Assembly (NCBI GenBank): GCA_951406725.2
Contig: OX597822.1
Span: 26,350,001-26,414,000 of the forward strand
Reading direction: 5' to 3'
DNA: 64,000 bases
Source: Octopus vulgaris
Taxonomy: Eukaryota
The translations under genes and the position numbers were made by a program. The notes under the pieces are model-generated. The model ran no database searches. It was not told the origin of the DNA and saw nothing but the letters and a program-made list of their open reading frames with translations. This document shows, one piece after another, positions 26,847 to 40,426 of this stretch (position 1 is the first letter of the stretch; the number at the start of each line of letters is the position of its first letter).

Positions 26847-27235
26847 CTAGAAATTAATAAATACCAAAATGAAATTATAAACAAGAAAAAAATAAATAAC
26901 AGAGATATTCAGAGACATACGTACAACAAAATCGGCCAAAAATAAGCCATTTCATTAATGTTTATACAACTTAGCACAATAGTCCACCAACAGTGAAATG
27001 TTATGATATGCAGAAGGGAAGGAAGGAAGAGGAAGAGAGAGAGAGAAGATGTAAGAGAAAAAGAAAGGAAGGAAGGTGTACACTGAATTCACAAATACAA
27101 ACAATCTTGAAAATAATTTTGGTTGACTTCTCATACCTGCTGGAAAACCACTCAGTATTGAAGCAAAATATAAATACATTATCATTTTTGAAGATGCACA
27201 GAGTGAGCTTTTGAGACATGCAACTGTTTTGAACA

Positions 27236-27293
<58 letters not shown>

Positions 27294-27453
27294 CATATGG
27301 TAGATGGAATATACAAGAATATATTATTAACCATGACAATTGTTTTGACACATCTAGCATCAATTCCTAATGGGTGGGACACAACAACCGGTTAAGGAAC
27401 ACCTGGCAGTGTAGATATATCTCATTGGGTGATAAATAGACACATATATACAC

Positions 27454-27660
27454 ATAAAAATTTTCTTTCGTAACGAGATAAAAAACCAAGGCTGTGTAGA
27501 TTTTAGAATATTTATAGATAGGTCTTACAGTAGTTACCAGGATATTTATTATACCCCTTCATATAATAAATATCCTGGAAACAACCCTGAAACCTATCTA
27601 TAATGTTCTAAAATCTACACAGCCTTGATTTTTTATCTCATTACGAAATAAAATTTTTAT
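27454..27660. repeat. Inverted repeat, about 100-bp arms and 8-nt loop, in a RER1 intron
   Basis: caaggctgtgtagattttagaa...ccaggatatttattata / tataataaatatcctgg...ttctaaaatctacacagccttg. Confidence 0.88.
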
Positions 27661-29919
27661 ATACACACGCTGACATATGACCAACGTTGAACCCCTTATT
27701 CGCATAATCACCATTACCTCTAATAACCCATATATATATTTAATATCTCTTGTACAGATTATCTGCACACTGCTTGTATGACAGTGACATTTCTTTATAA
27801 CCATAGTGTAACATCAACACAAGCAGACAAACACTTACATGCATATACACACATATATTACAACATTTTCCTCCAGTTTCCACCCCACCAAGACCTAGGG
27901 CTAAAGTGGAAAACCACTCACCCAAAGTTCCGGCAGTAGGACTGAATATGATAGAGCAGGATTGAGGCTCTGTCAAACCTTACCCCACAACTTGTTTTCT
28001 GACACTTAACCTTCCAACAATCTTCTACGTCACTACACTGAATATTCAATGCATCTAACTCATTCCCTGTCTCTAATCATGTCACACTATTTTCACTTAG
28101 TGCACTTACCTACACATCCACCTTTTCTGTCCATATATCCTAATCTGTCTCACATTCACATTGTTCCTGGACTTCACATCTATCTCTCACTTTCCAGGTG
28201 GGCAAACTATGTATTCACCACTTCAGTAAGATCCCTGCTCCTCTTTCTCTATCATAGTTTCTTATTCCTCTAGTCTATACTCTGCTCAGTTGAGGGGTCT
28301 TATCCTGCAGATACCTGGCAACCTCACTCTGGCACTGGTGCCACTTAAAAAGTACCCAGTACACTATTAAGTGGTTGGTGTTGGGAAGGGTACCCAGGTC
28401 TAGAAATCAACTGTGACACATTCTCCGACGTTAGCACTTGTGTCTGGTTACCATGCAATATTTTACTTTGTACACAAATGTGCAAGTTTCTCTTTATTTA
28501 CAGACAGACAGAAGTTCAGAAGGAGTAACACCCTGGACTTTTCCCCCACCCTCATCCAATGCAGGCTATTAAAGTTTTACAACATCAACCTCTGCTGCTG
28601 GTTAGGTCACCTATGTAACAGAAGCTGTCAACATCTTAACAGATGATGTCCTAGCTCACTATTGTCAAGATAGCATGTCAATCTCGCAGTAACTAAGAGA
28701 ATTAGTACAACAAAAAGATATATGTGTATCATACACCTCTCTCCTACTCCTAATTCTTCTGTTATTGCTCTTCTCTACAGTTCACCTGAGTCATGAAACT
28801 CCAAGTGAATGAGCAGATTAATAAAATGATGAGGGCTCTCTAATTGCACTGGGTACAAAGTGACTCCACTGTATTGTTGCCACTATACATAAGAGAATCA
28901 TCCGAACGTGGCCGTTGCCAGCACAGCCCCGACTGGCTTCTGTGCCAGTGGCACGTAAAAAGCACCAACCGATCGTGGACATTGCCAGCCTTGCCTGGCA
29001 CATAAAAAGCACCCACTACACTCACGGAGTGGTTGGCGTTAGGAAGGTCATCCAGCCGTAGAAACATTGCCAGATCAGACTGGGCCTAGTGCAGCCTTCT
29101 GGCTTCCCAGACCCCAGTTGAATCGTCCAACCCATGCTAGCATGGAAAGAGGACGCTAAACGATGATGATGATACATTCAAATGGGAGACTGTACACACA
29201 CAAGTGAACAATATGGTTTAGGGGACCCCTTAGTCTCATCAAAGAAATAGTGCTGGTGCCTTGGTAAAATGCACCACATACACTCTCTAAAGTGGTTGTT
29301 GTTAGAAAAAGCATCTAACCTCAGAAAGCAAGCCAAATGCAATATATAAGTGAAATGTGGCCTTATGTCTCAGCTACAATGAGCAGTAACTTCGAATAAT
29401 AAATCAGACCACGATCCCACCAACCCATGCTAGCACAGAAAGCAATCATAAAACAATCACCTTTTTTCTTTGAACATGTTGGTAATAGTGTGAGAGTGTA
29501 AGAAAGTGCATGGGTCTGCCTACCTCCATTTGGGAAAGGCAAGGCCTTGAACTTATGTCAACTGTTTGTTTACCTCCAACTGCATATGTCTTTGATGGTG
29601 ATGTTGATAATTTGTACAGCAGGAATATATGCTGAGCACTTTTAACAATTTTTGCTAGCACTGACAAGGCGAATGGACAAGATTTATATAAGGTTTCAAC
29701 CAGCAATTCTGCAATTCTGGGTTAACTGCTGAAACCATTATATGTTTTATAAAGCATAACATATATACGTTTTCTGTATTTTATATGTATATATAGATAT
29801 ATATATTATTTAATTTCTTATTACTGATTTGTACTTAACTTATGTTTTATTCTGAAGCATATGTATACCAAGTTCTAATACCAGGTTATTAGTATCACTA
29901 AGCAAAATGATGAGGATAA

Positions 29920-30190
29920 TCACTGGACGTCATTGTATTGTATCAAGGGTATCATCCACTCCTCCTAAATTGAGGACCAGGTACTGCAACAGCCTAGGTT
30001 TCAAAGGCCAACAGCTCAATGCCTTGCCTCAAAAATTAAGAAATATACATAATGCGGGCATAGATGTCTTCAAAAAGGAACTAAATATCCTCCTCTCCAC
30101 AATACTGAACGAACCAATGGCATGGCACGAGGTACAGATGACAGCAGTGGAATCAAACTCCCTCGTACACCAAATGGGCCAACAGCTGGG
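29920..30190 (+). mobile_element. CR1/L2-group LINE 3' end fragment
   Basis: RTRYCNSLGFKG..LNALPQKLRNIHNAGIDVFKKELNILLSTILNEP resembles the CR1-group ORF2 C-terminus. Confidence 0.65.
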
Positions 30191-30421
30191 ACAAAGACAC
30201 ATACAGGAGTGGTGATGTGAAACCACCCCCAGCCAGAGGAAATCAGCAAAACCACGGTGATGCTCCAGCATGACTGCAGCTGCATGGCTGAAACAAAAGA
30301 ATATGTATACACACACACACAAGTTTATATATTTGGTTTGCAAGATTCTTGATGTGAACATGTGTTAAAACAGATAGTTATACTTGGAGATGATTTTTTT
30401 CTTTTGTCAATTAAATATGTA

Positions 30422-30595
30422 CACTATTTATTCGATCTTCGCTTTAGTTTTTATTTGTATTATTTTTAGTTTATATGTCTGTCAAAATTCTTTTGTCACA
30501 CATTCTATGACCTCCTTGATGACTCTGACAAAAGAACTTTGATAGACGAATAAACTAAAAATATGAATGAAAACTGAAGTGAAAATTGAATAGTG
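30422..30595. repeat. Degenerate inverted repeat (about 75-bp arms), Penelope-like
   Basis: 30422-30498 versus 30526-30595; a decayed hammerhead-like motif lies at the loop. Confidence 0.7.
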
Positions 30596-30648
30596 CATGC
30601 TTAATTGGTACAAAAAAAAAAAAATGAACCCCAAGCACACACATATAC

Positions 30649-30687
<39 letters not shown>

Positions 30688-30773
30688 ATCATTATTGACA
30701 TTTAATATCCATTTTCCAAGCTGACATGGGTAGAAATCACACATGCGAGTGTGTGTATACAAACACGCAAATG

Positions 30774-30807
<34 letters not shown>

Positions 30808-30828
30808 AAGAAAAAGAAAGAAATTTAC

Positions 30829-30933
30829 CTGTAATAGATAAACCCGAATACAGTAGGAGAGAGCTAGAAGTAACGCTACACCCCATCGAACTGTGACATG
30901 TGGAGTTGCTCGATCTAGCAAACTTTGGTGAAT
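30829..30933 (-). CDS. RER1: RER1 coding exon 2 (IHQSLLDRATPHVTVRWGVALLLALSYCIRVYLLQ)
   Basis: atttcAG acceptor, CAG|GTAAAT donor, 105 nt. Matches RER1 IYQSWLDKSTPYTAVRW...IRVYLLQ. Confidence 0.96.
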
Positions 30934-31398
30934 CTGAAATAAATATAAATCAGATATATATATATATATATGACACATAAATTTATGCAGTAATATATGT
31001 GGTTTTCCATACACAAAGAGGAGAAAATGTGCTCAATACACAAAATATGACAGATTTTATTCATTCACTGTCACAATCAAGCAAGAAAGAGTAACGACAG
31101 AGCGAACCGTCAACTTTGAATGAATGAATAATTACTTACACACACACACAAAAACAGACATGACAATGAACTTCGTTATTTGATAACAAAACTATTTTAT
31201 TTCATCTAAAACAATTGTAGCTAAAAAAAAAATTAAAATGCACTGAATCATATAAACAAATAATGAGAGGATATTACAGATATTGATCAATAAAATTACT
31301 CTAAATTATGGCAAAAGATAAAAATGGATGCATTTCAGCTAGAGAAAATGGAAGGAAGATAATATACACTAAAAGACAAATTAAACATGAAGAATATA

Positions 31399-31563
31399 GG
31401 CGTAGGAGTGACTGTGTGGTAAGTAGCTTGCTTACCAACCACATGGTTCTGGGTTCAGTCCCACTGCGTGGCACCTTGGGCAAGTGTCTTCTACTATAGC
31501 CTCGGGTGGACCAAAGCCTTGTGAGTGGATTTGGTAGACAGAAACTGAAAGAAGCCCGTCGTA

Positions 31564-31620
<57 letters not shown>

Positions 31621-31810
31621 ATATATGTGTATATGTTTGTCCCCACCAACATCACTTGACAACGGATGCTGGTATGCTTAGCGGTTCGGCAAAATAGACC
31701 GATAAAATAAGTACTAGGCTTACAAAGAATAAGTCCTGGGGTCGATTTGCTCGACCAAAGACGGTGCTCCAGCATGGCCACAGTCACATGACTGAAACAA
31801 GTAAAAGAGT
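31399..31810 (+). mobile_element. CORE-type tRNA SINE (family C) with internal (TA)n/(TG)n and 3' module
   Basis: A/B-box-like head and gtggcaccttgggcaagtgtctt (similar to the MIR/CORE domain). Reverse copies at about 47835-48213, 20795-21125 and 56600-56960. Confidence 0.85.
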
Positions 31811-32356
31811 GCCAGAGTAATATAGAGGAATCTCAACGCAGACCAGAGAAGAAACCCCAGCAGCAAATCAACTAAACAGATCATTTAACCATATATTTTC
31901 CATTTATCAGAAAACTCTTACATCAAGAATGGTCTTCTTCATGATGTGATTCAGAACAAAGTGCTCAGGTATCCAACTCCTTCAATTGAATTTTCAAGAA
32001 CTATATATTTAATGAGTGAAATGTTCTAAACGTCAAAAGTCTTTCAAACAGATTTACCATTCTTGTAGCCCACATTAATAATCTGAACCAATCATTCAGA
32101 CAACTGACACATAATTCTGACCCCTGTTTGAAATAATAACAAAAGATTTTTTTATACATTACAAGGCCCATCTATGTTCTCGATATATGTAATTTGCATA
32201 TTCACTTAATCCGATAGACATACAAATATAATTTTCCAAGCAATTAACATGGGGTTCAGCCTCAATTTGTGTCCCCTTGGGCAAGTTTCTTCTACAATGG
32301 ACCTGAAATGGTCAAAGCCTTGAATGGATTTGGTAGACAGAAACTGAAAATGCCCA

Positions 32357-32780
32357 AAGGCGGTGAGCTGGCAGAATCGTTAGCATGCCGGGCGAAATGC
32401 TTAGCGGTATTTCATCTGCTGTTACGTTCCAAGTTCAAATTCCACCGAGGTCGACTTTGCCTTTCATCCTTTCAGGGTCAATTAAATAAGAGCCAGTTAC
32501 GCCCTGGGGTCGATGTAATCGAGTTAATCTGTTTTTCTGTCCTTGTTTGTCCCTTCTGTGTGCAGCCCCTTGTGGGCAATAAGAAACGTTAGCACTCCGG
32601 GCGAAATGCTTAGCAGTATTTCGTTTGTCTTCACGTTCTGAGTTCAAATTCCGCCGACCCTTTCAGGGTCGATTAAATAAGTACCAGTTACGCTCTGGGG
32701 TCGATATAATCAACTTAATCCGTTTGCCTGTCCTTGTTTGTCCCCTCTATGTTTAGCCCCCTGTGGGCAATAAAGAAATA
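32357..32780 (+). mobile_element. Dimeric family-A SINE nested in a family-C SINE, 18-bp TSD
   Basis: TSD agaaactgaaaa(t/c)gccca at 32339-32356 and 32781-32798. Confidence 0.88.
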
Positions 32781-33983
32781 AGAAACTGAAAACGCCCATT
32801 GTTTATGTGTGTGTGTCTCCTTGTTTTCACATCACTTGATAGTTCCAAGTGAAGATCGGTTCCTTCAGAATTTGTTTTCTACTAGAAATAACTGCAAAAT
32901 CTACCTTTGTGGCATACTATAATCTTAAGAAAATGAAGGATGCAATAAATAACACAATCCTAGATATAGCGTCTTTAAAAAGATGCATGGTCACAGCTAG
33001 AATACTAAGAGATACTTAGCTAGCATTCCTTTTTAGCCCCCTCTTAGAGAGGGCTTAGAAGTTAAACAACTCCAGATAACACCTCTTTTTCTTGTGCATG
33101 TCAGTGTGTAGAAAAGGGGGAAGGGTCCTATTCTTTTTGTTTTGTTTTATTATTTCTTTTATTCATAACATATTTTATGTAAAATGAATCTTTCTAGTAT
33201 GACTTTTTTCCAGTTTTTCAAATATGACAACAGTTTCACAAATATGCACTAAACTGATTTCTGATTTTAAAAAATTAAAAAAAAAAGAAAATGGTCAGTT
33301 AGCATAATCGTTGGAGCATTGAAAGAAATACCATGAACAATTTGTTTCAGGTCTTTAAATTCTGAGTTCAAATCCCACCAAGGCTAATTATAGCTCACAT
33401 TCTCCACCCACCTGGCTCCGTAAAATAAAGTAGTAGTCAAATAAATGGATTTGATGGGATCAACTAACACTACTCCTTACAAAAATTACTGGTCTGGCAT
33501 CTAAATTATAAAGTAAGCATAAAGCCACAATTTTAGTGAGAAGAGATTAGTCAGTTAAACCAACCCTAGGACTTTTATGGCACTTATTTTTTGGTGTCCC
33601 CAGAAGGATGAAAGGCAGGCATTGACCAATGTAATATTTCATCATCATCATCGTTTAACATCCGTTTTCCATGCTAGCATGGGTTGGACGGTTTGACCGG
33701 GGTCTGGGAAGCCAGGAGGCTGCACCAGGCTCCAGTCTGATCTGGCAGTGTTTCTACAGCTGGATGCCCTTCCTAACGCCAACCACTCCGTGAGTGTAGT
33801 GGGTCCTTTTTACGTGCCACCGGCACAGGTGCCAGGGGAGGCTGGCAGCGGCCACGATCGGTTGGTGCTTTTATGTGTTACCGGCACAGAAGCCAGTCAA
33901 GGCGGCGCTAGAAATGTAAAAGAATTTTGTCTGGTGCTCAACTGATTCTACCATCCACTGTCTCTTAAACATGTGCACAACAA

Positions 33984-34214
33984 TATCGAGGCGTGAAGTC
34001 TTCGCCCGTTCGGTTTCACGCCTGCACGTCACCGCGCGGGTCGGTGCAGACATCATCGGGCATCGCTTTTCACGTTGCGGTAGCGCGGCCACCTCCCGGT
34101 CATTTCGGCCTGCACTATTCCTCAGAGGATGCTCTTCGCCGAGTATCAGAGGCGGCTGGTACATTCACTGTGAAAATATTAGAGTGCTCAGAGTGAGCCC
34201 CGCCAGCTTGTATA
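33984..34214 (+). rRNA. Dispersed 18S rRNA gene fragment (V4 region; pseudogene) in a RER1 intron
   Basis: GC/CpG-rich island with stacked hairpins. The end, ggatgctcttcgccgagt...ggctggtacattcactgtgaaaatattagagtgctcagag, corresponds to the conserved 18S GGTGCTCTT..CTGAGTG...TTTACTTTGAAAAAATTAGAGTGYTCAAAGCAGGC. Confidence 0.8.
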
Positions 34215-36546
34215 TGAAATGTATTGGATTTAAGTGTTTAATTACAAGCCACAAGGTTACTGGTTCAAACCAAACTAAAATCACTGTGATATGAGATGAC
34301 AATACATGAGTAAAAGACAATCATTTCATTTATGTCTATAACAATTAATTTCCCATTGCCACCTAATTACGACCTATCATTTAACCCATTACTCTGTCAA
34401 ATGTAATGCTTCTATATTCACATAATTTCGAATTAGTCATGCATTACCTTGTAGCTTCAAGATTTCAATGGTGTGTTAGTATATTTTTAGAATGACATTG
34501 TAGAACAGGTGTTTAACATAAAACATGTAGAATTTTTGGGTCAGATACGACTGGATTAAATGCTTAAAGGGTTAAACAATCCTATTTTGGCCGAATTCCT
34601 AATTTGGCTTTAATCCTGAAAAGGTTGTAAAGTCAGTTATTTTAAATACTTAATTAACCAGCTCTTTTTAAATCTAAAACCTATGTGCTTGCATTTAACT
34701 CAACAAGTGCAGACATGTCTGTGTGGTTGAGAAGCATGCTTCCTTGGGTTCCGTCCCACTGTGTGATATCATAGGCAAGTGTCTTCTATTACAACACCAG
34801 GCTAATCAAAGCCTTATTTGTGGATTTGGTAGGCAGACACTGAAAGAGACTGTTGTACATACATTCATATATATTGTGTGTGTATCACGTGCGTATTAGT
34901 GTCTTCTTGTCTTGACATCGCATAATAGCTGTAAATGAGTGTCACTGTCATACAAGCAGTGTCATCATCATCATCATCATCGTTTAACGTCTGCTTTCCA
35001 TGCTAGCATGAGTTGGACAAATGATTGAGGGCTGGCAAACCAGATGGCTGCACCAGGCTTCGATCTTGATCTGGCAGAGTTTCTACATCTGGATGGCCTT
35101 CCTAACGCCAACCACTCCAAGAGTGTAGTGGGTGCTTTTACGTGCCAGTCAGGCGGTACTGGCAACGACCTATATATTTCTAATTTTCCACGAAAACATG
35201 TTTGGTCTTGGGAAAATTTGGAAACAGGTGAGATTTGGTAACAGGAAGGGTAACCAGGTGTAGAAAAACCACCTCAACAAATTTGGTCCAATCCATGCAA
35301 GCATAGCAAAGTGGACATTAAAATGATGATGATGGATTCATTAATAATAGAATAGCTCATTTTTCCACTCCCTCACATTCCTTATCATTTTCCTCCATAA
35401 CAAGATGGCATCAACATAGCTACCGTTGCAATTAATCTTCTACCATCACCCTATGACAAATTATCCTTTTAACAATGATTCTGTCTGAGTCTCATTTATC
35501 TTTAATTTCTCAGTTAAATTAGATTATCAGATGATATTATACATCACAGGTCACAATGCACTTCACATTGTTTTAGCCTTTGAATGATGCCACCGTGCGG
35601 CTAAGTGAGCAGGTCAATATTCCTCCTGACAGGAAGACGATTCCATTGCAGACTTACCATTTACAGCTGAGTGGACTGAAATGAATAAATGAAGTGTTTT
35701 GCTCAAGAACACAACATGCCCCCTGGTCAAGGAAACAAATCCAGAATTTAGAAACTGTGAGTGCAACATCCTAACTATTAGGCCACACGCCTTTACAAAT
35801 TAGATTACAGCATGACCAATCTCAAAAGTTTAGCTAATTGAAAGTATGTGATTAATGACCACTCAGGAGTCAAAGTTTTCGTATCTGACATCCTACACCC
35901 AAACTAAATCAACCATAAAAGAATTAGCTAATCCCACCTCCCACACCAAAACTACTTTGACACAAATATGATGCTAGCACCACATGACTGGCGTCTATGT
36001 AAAAAGCATCAACCGATCGTGGCCGTTTGCCAGCCACCTCTGGCCCCTGTGCTGGTGGCACATAAAAAGCACCCACTACAAGCTTTCTTCATGTCAGCAA
36101 AAGCTCACCTGTGCTGGTGGCATGTGTAAAAAGATTCGAGCGGGGTCGTTGCCAGTACCGCCTGACTGGCCCCTGTGCCTGTGGTACGTAAAAAGCACCC
36201 ACTACAGTCTCGGAGTGGTTGGCATTAGGAAGGGCATCTAGCTGTAGAAACACTGCCTGATCAGACTGGAGCCTGGCGCAGCCTCCTGGCTTCCCAGACC
36301 CCGGTCGAACTGTCCAACCCATGCTAGTATGGAAAACAGACGTTAAATGATGATGACGACGACGATGTGCAGGATACATTTGCTGAATAAGCTGAAATGC
36401 ATCATTAGTTATGTGATCTGGACTTATTAGATGTTTTTGGGTTTTTCAACATTAAGCACCCCCAACCAAGTGACCCACTTGGGGTTGATAAAATTGCTCA
36501 ACTGTAACCCAGAAGCGAAATGCTGAATTGTAAACCACCTTGTGAA

Positions 36547-36860
36547 GGTGCATGGCTCAGTGGTTAGAGCATTGGGCTAACAATCATGAGGTAGTGAGTT
36601 TGATTCTCAGACTGGGCTGTGCGTAATGTTGAGCAAGACCCTTTATTTCACGTTTTTCAGTTCACTCAGCTGTAGAAATGGATTGTGATGTCACTGGTAG
36701 CAAGCTGTATTGGCCTTTGCATTTCCTTTGAACAACATCTGCGGTGTGGAGAGGGGAGACTGGTATGCAGGGGCAACTGCTGGTCTTGCACAACCTTGTT
36801 GGACTTGTGCCCCAGAGGGGAACTTTCTAGGTGCAATTTATGACTGAAGGGACTTTTTAC
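36547..36860 (+). mobile_element. tRNA-derived SINE with Deu/Nin-like central domain
   Basis: tggctcagtggttagagc A-box and ttgagcaagaccctttatttcacg...ttcactcagctgtag. Reverse copy at about 35545-35795. Confidence 0.65.
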
Positions 36861-37928
36861 CTATAACCCAGCAACAGTTCATGGATTAACTCTCTTAATC
36901 CAAAGATACCTGGTGTCTTTCTCTGCAGCTTCATTCAGAGAGAGAAGAGAAAGAGAAAACAGACAGGGTTTAAGTGATGGAGAAAAATGGAGAGAGGTAA
37001 AATGAGTAGAATCGATGGAGAGGTAGAAAGAACTTAAAAGAAAAAGAAGTGCAAAAAGGAAAAAATTTGAAGAAAAGAAGAGATAATAAATGGTAAATCA
37101 TGGTGGTGATGGCAATGTTCATAAAAAGACAGAGAATAGGAGTAAAAAGAGAGATAAAGCCAACTCGAAGACATGAGGGAGAAGGTGAGAGGGAGGGAGA
37201 GGATTCTGAAAGAATAAGGGTTGGGGTCTGAGTAAGAGTGGGAGTTTAAGTAGAGCACCCTCTCCTTTGTACATTTGTTTCAAGTATTTTCCAAGTCTAT
37301 CTTAGCATATAAAATAGAGGCATGGTTAGATAAAAGTATCAAAATAAGTTTGCTACACAAAATAAGATTGTGTGTGTGTGTGTGTGTGTGTATAAATCTA
37401 TGTCAGTATGTGCTTATATAAAAACACACACACACACACACATATATTTATTCAAAAGAAAAAATTTCCAAAGATTTTGCTAGTATTGCAATACAATTCA
37501 AAGCTGTATTTGTTTCAAGACACACTGTTAAATGACTTATTTAACAATTGTTTCTAAATTAGGTTCAAGGTTAACAATTTTAAAGAGAAGAGATTAATCC
37601 ATTTATTAACCCCAATGCTTGGTTGGTACCTTATTTTATCAACCACTGACCTTGGTAAGGTTTGAACTCAGAAAACAAATACCACAAGGCATTTTGTCCA
37701 ATGCTCTAATGATTCTGCCAGTGTACCATCCTCACAATAATAATTCTTTCTAATTTTGGTACAAGGCCAGTCATTTTGAGGGGAAGGGAAAGCTGATTAT
37801 ACCAACCCTAGTACATGACCGGTACTTTATTATATCGACACTGAATGGATGAGTGGCAAAGGGTTTAAGTTGATTGGACAATTAGAAATGAGAGAGAGAG
37901 CAATACTGAAGACAATGATAATGTTTAC

Positions 37929-37997
37929 CTCACAGTATCTTTTAAAGCATCTTGCAATGGCACCAACACTTTTTGTAGATTTTGATGTATCATTCAT
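37929..37997 (-). CDS. RER1: RER1 coding exon 1 (MNDTSKSTKSVGAIARCFKRYCE); the exon begins at 38004 with 7 nt before the ATG
   Basis: Pyrimidine tract plus AG acceptor (ttttctttctttccAG|GGGGAAAATG) and GAG|GTAAAC donor; 69 nt, phase 0, joins the next exon in frame. Resembles the RER1 N-terminus (human ...VVYRFFTRLGQ|IYQSWLD). Confidence 0.85.
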
Positions 37998-39367
37998 TTT
38001 CCCCCTGGAAAGAAAGAAAAGCAAAGAAAAAGTGAAAAAAAAAATTAATTAAAAAACTAGACTGATTAACAAGCATAATTATGAAGCATGTAGAAGTCAA
38101 ATGAATTAGGAGAACCAAATATAAAGGAAAAATAAAATGTGTAGAGTATTGGATTTAAACTTTTTTTTACCATGTTTCTTTCGAAAGACATTGCCTTTTT
38201 GTGACTTAAATGAGAAAATAATGCTGAATTTAGTAAATAATTATCATTATTAACCAGTGGGGCACAACATGAAGACAGGACGTTTTTGTCATAGAATCAG
38301 GAGCAGTCGAAGTCTCAGGTGGATTGTTTTCACAAGGGTTACTGTTCTAATATATTTTGTCTTAATTCTTTAACATTCACATAATGCTATCAAAAGTAAT
38401 ACTAATTTATTCACATTGTTTGCAATTAATCATGCATTATCTCATAGTTTTGAGATTTTGATGAGGTAACTGTTAAATTTTTAGAATGATATTGTGGTGT
38501 TGGTGTGAGAGGCAAGATCGGACCAGTTGGAGAATAAAACAAGTAGAATATTTTGGATGGATATCATTATCATCATTATTGCTGTTTAATGTTTGGTCTC
38601 CATGCTGGCATGAGTTGGACGGTTTGATATGGAGTTGGCTAGCAGCGAGCAGACCAGACTCCACCTGTCTGTTGTGGCACGGTTTCTATGATTGAATGCC
38701 CTTCTAAGCACCAACCACTTAGCAGAGTGTGCTGGGTGCTTTTTACATGCTACCAGCATGGGTGCATTTATGCAGCCCCGACACAGGTGCTTTTTAAATG
38801 TTAAAGGGTTAAATAAGATTGTATGCAGTGGGTAGAAGGGAAACCTGATGTTTTGGGGCAGACTCTCCCTTGGGAGGGAGACATTTTCTCTTCTCCCCCG
38901 CTTTTCTCTCTCTCAGATGTGAAGACAGCCGCAGAATATCAGATTCATTCTCCCCTTTTGGCATACAAACTTATCACAATCATAGCAACTTTTCCAAGTT
39001 TGCATGGGTTAGTTTTCTGTAGTCAGATGCTCTTCCTGACATCAACCCTCGCCTGTTTACAAGCAAGTTAATAAATCTTCCTGTCTTTATCAAACAACAA
39101 ACAGGTTGGAAATGCTTTTGCAGAGGATTGGAAACAATGATTATTGTTTGCATGAATCATAAGGCAGTTTTCTCTACAATCAGCACACACATGTGAAGAC
39201 AATGAGCAACAGGAACTCACTCACTAACATCTATCCTCACTTAAAATTGGATGTCCTGTTAGAACTAACTTTACTGTAGTAGATAGAGAATAGTTTGTTG
39301 TAACAGAACACTCACATTTAAATAGGGATAAATATTACCTCTCAGTATACAGCCTCTGTCATGAATA

Positions 39368-39672
39368 CACCTTCTCCTCGACTTACGACCTATATGACTT
39401 ATGACCACAAAAAATAAGGAAATAAAAAAACAAAAAAGTTGATTTTCAGACATTGGGCAGCTGTGCTTACGATAACTATGGCAGCATCTGGTACCACAAG
39501 CCTTCCTCAGACCCAGGCATCCACTGCCTACCAGTCTCTCGCTCAGTCGCTCTCAAGCATCAGTTGCGTTTGAATGAAAATAATGTTGCAAAATATAAAT
39601 CTGACATACGACCAAATCGACTTACGAGCTATCAGTCGGAATGAAACTCAGTCGTAAGTCGAGGAGAAGGGG
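39368..39672. mobile_element. pogo/Tigger-like MITE
   Basis: TA|C(A/C)CCTTCTCCTCGACTTACGAC TIR at both ends, TA TSD. Confidence 0.85.
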
Positions 39673-40426
39673 TATATATTTATTAACTCACACTATGGTT
39701 CAGTTTCTGTCTATAAATTTCATTCACAAATTAATCAATCCATGACTATAGTAGAGAACACAAACCTACAGTGGAACTGAATTTCAAACAGCATGATTCA
39801 GAAGTCATCATCATCGTTTAACGTCCGCTTTCCATGCTAGCATGGACGATTTTGACTGAGGGCTGGCGAACCAGATGGCTGCACCAGGCTCCAATCTTGA
39901 TCTGGCAGAGTTTCTACAGCTAGATGCCCTTCCTAATGCCAACCACTCAGAGTGTTGTGGGTGCTTTTTATGTACCACCGGCACGGGCACCAGTCAGGCG
40001 GTACTGGCAACGACCTCGCTCGAATCGTTTTTGCACGTGCCACCGGCAGAGAACTTCTAAACTACACAACCATGTCTGCATCTATTTTTACACACACACA
40101 TGCATGGCTGTATATTTGTCAGTGTTTAAAATTATATCTTAATATCATAATTTGATTGAAAAGAGCTCAGTATAACTCTGCAGTAAGGTAAACTGTGGCA
40201 TTAAAGAAAAAAGAAATTTATCTGAACGCAAACCGTCAGTGAGTAATACAGCTTAATCCAGTAACACATAACTGGACAATGGAGATTTTGTTACGATAAA
40301 ACAAAGAATTATTTCTAGTTCATTTTTGGTATCCCAATTTCAAATCTGTGTTGTCTAAACCACATGGTTCTGGGTTCAGTCCCACTGCATGGGACCTTGG
40401 GCCAGTGTCTTCAATTATAGCCTTAG

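Noticed and set aside
26909-26950. Intronic mini-ORF MAYFWPILLYVCL echoing RER1 FWPILVMY
   Set aside because: Only five identical residues, weak nucleotide identity, wrong position and an immediate stop; probably chance.
34183-34205. Minus-strand cggggctcactctgagc resembles the RNase MRP RNA CR-V motif
   Set aside because: No CR-I partner (GAAAGUCCCC) upstream; the plus strand is explained better as 18S rRNA.
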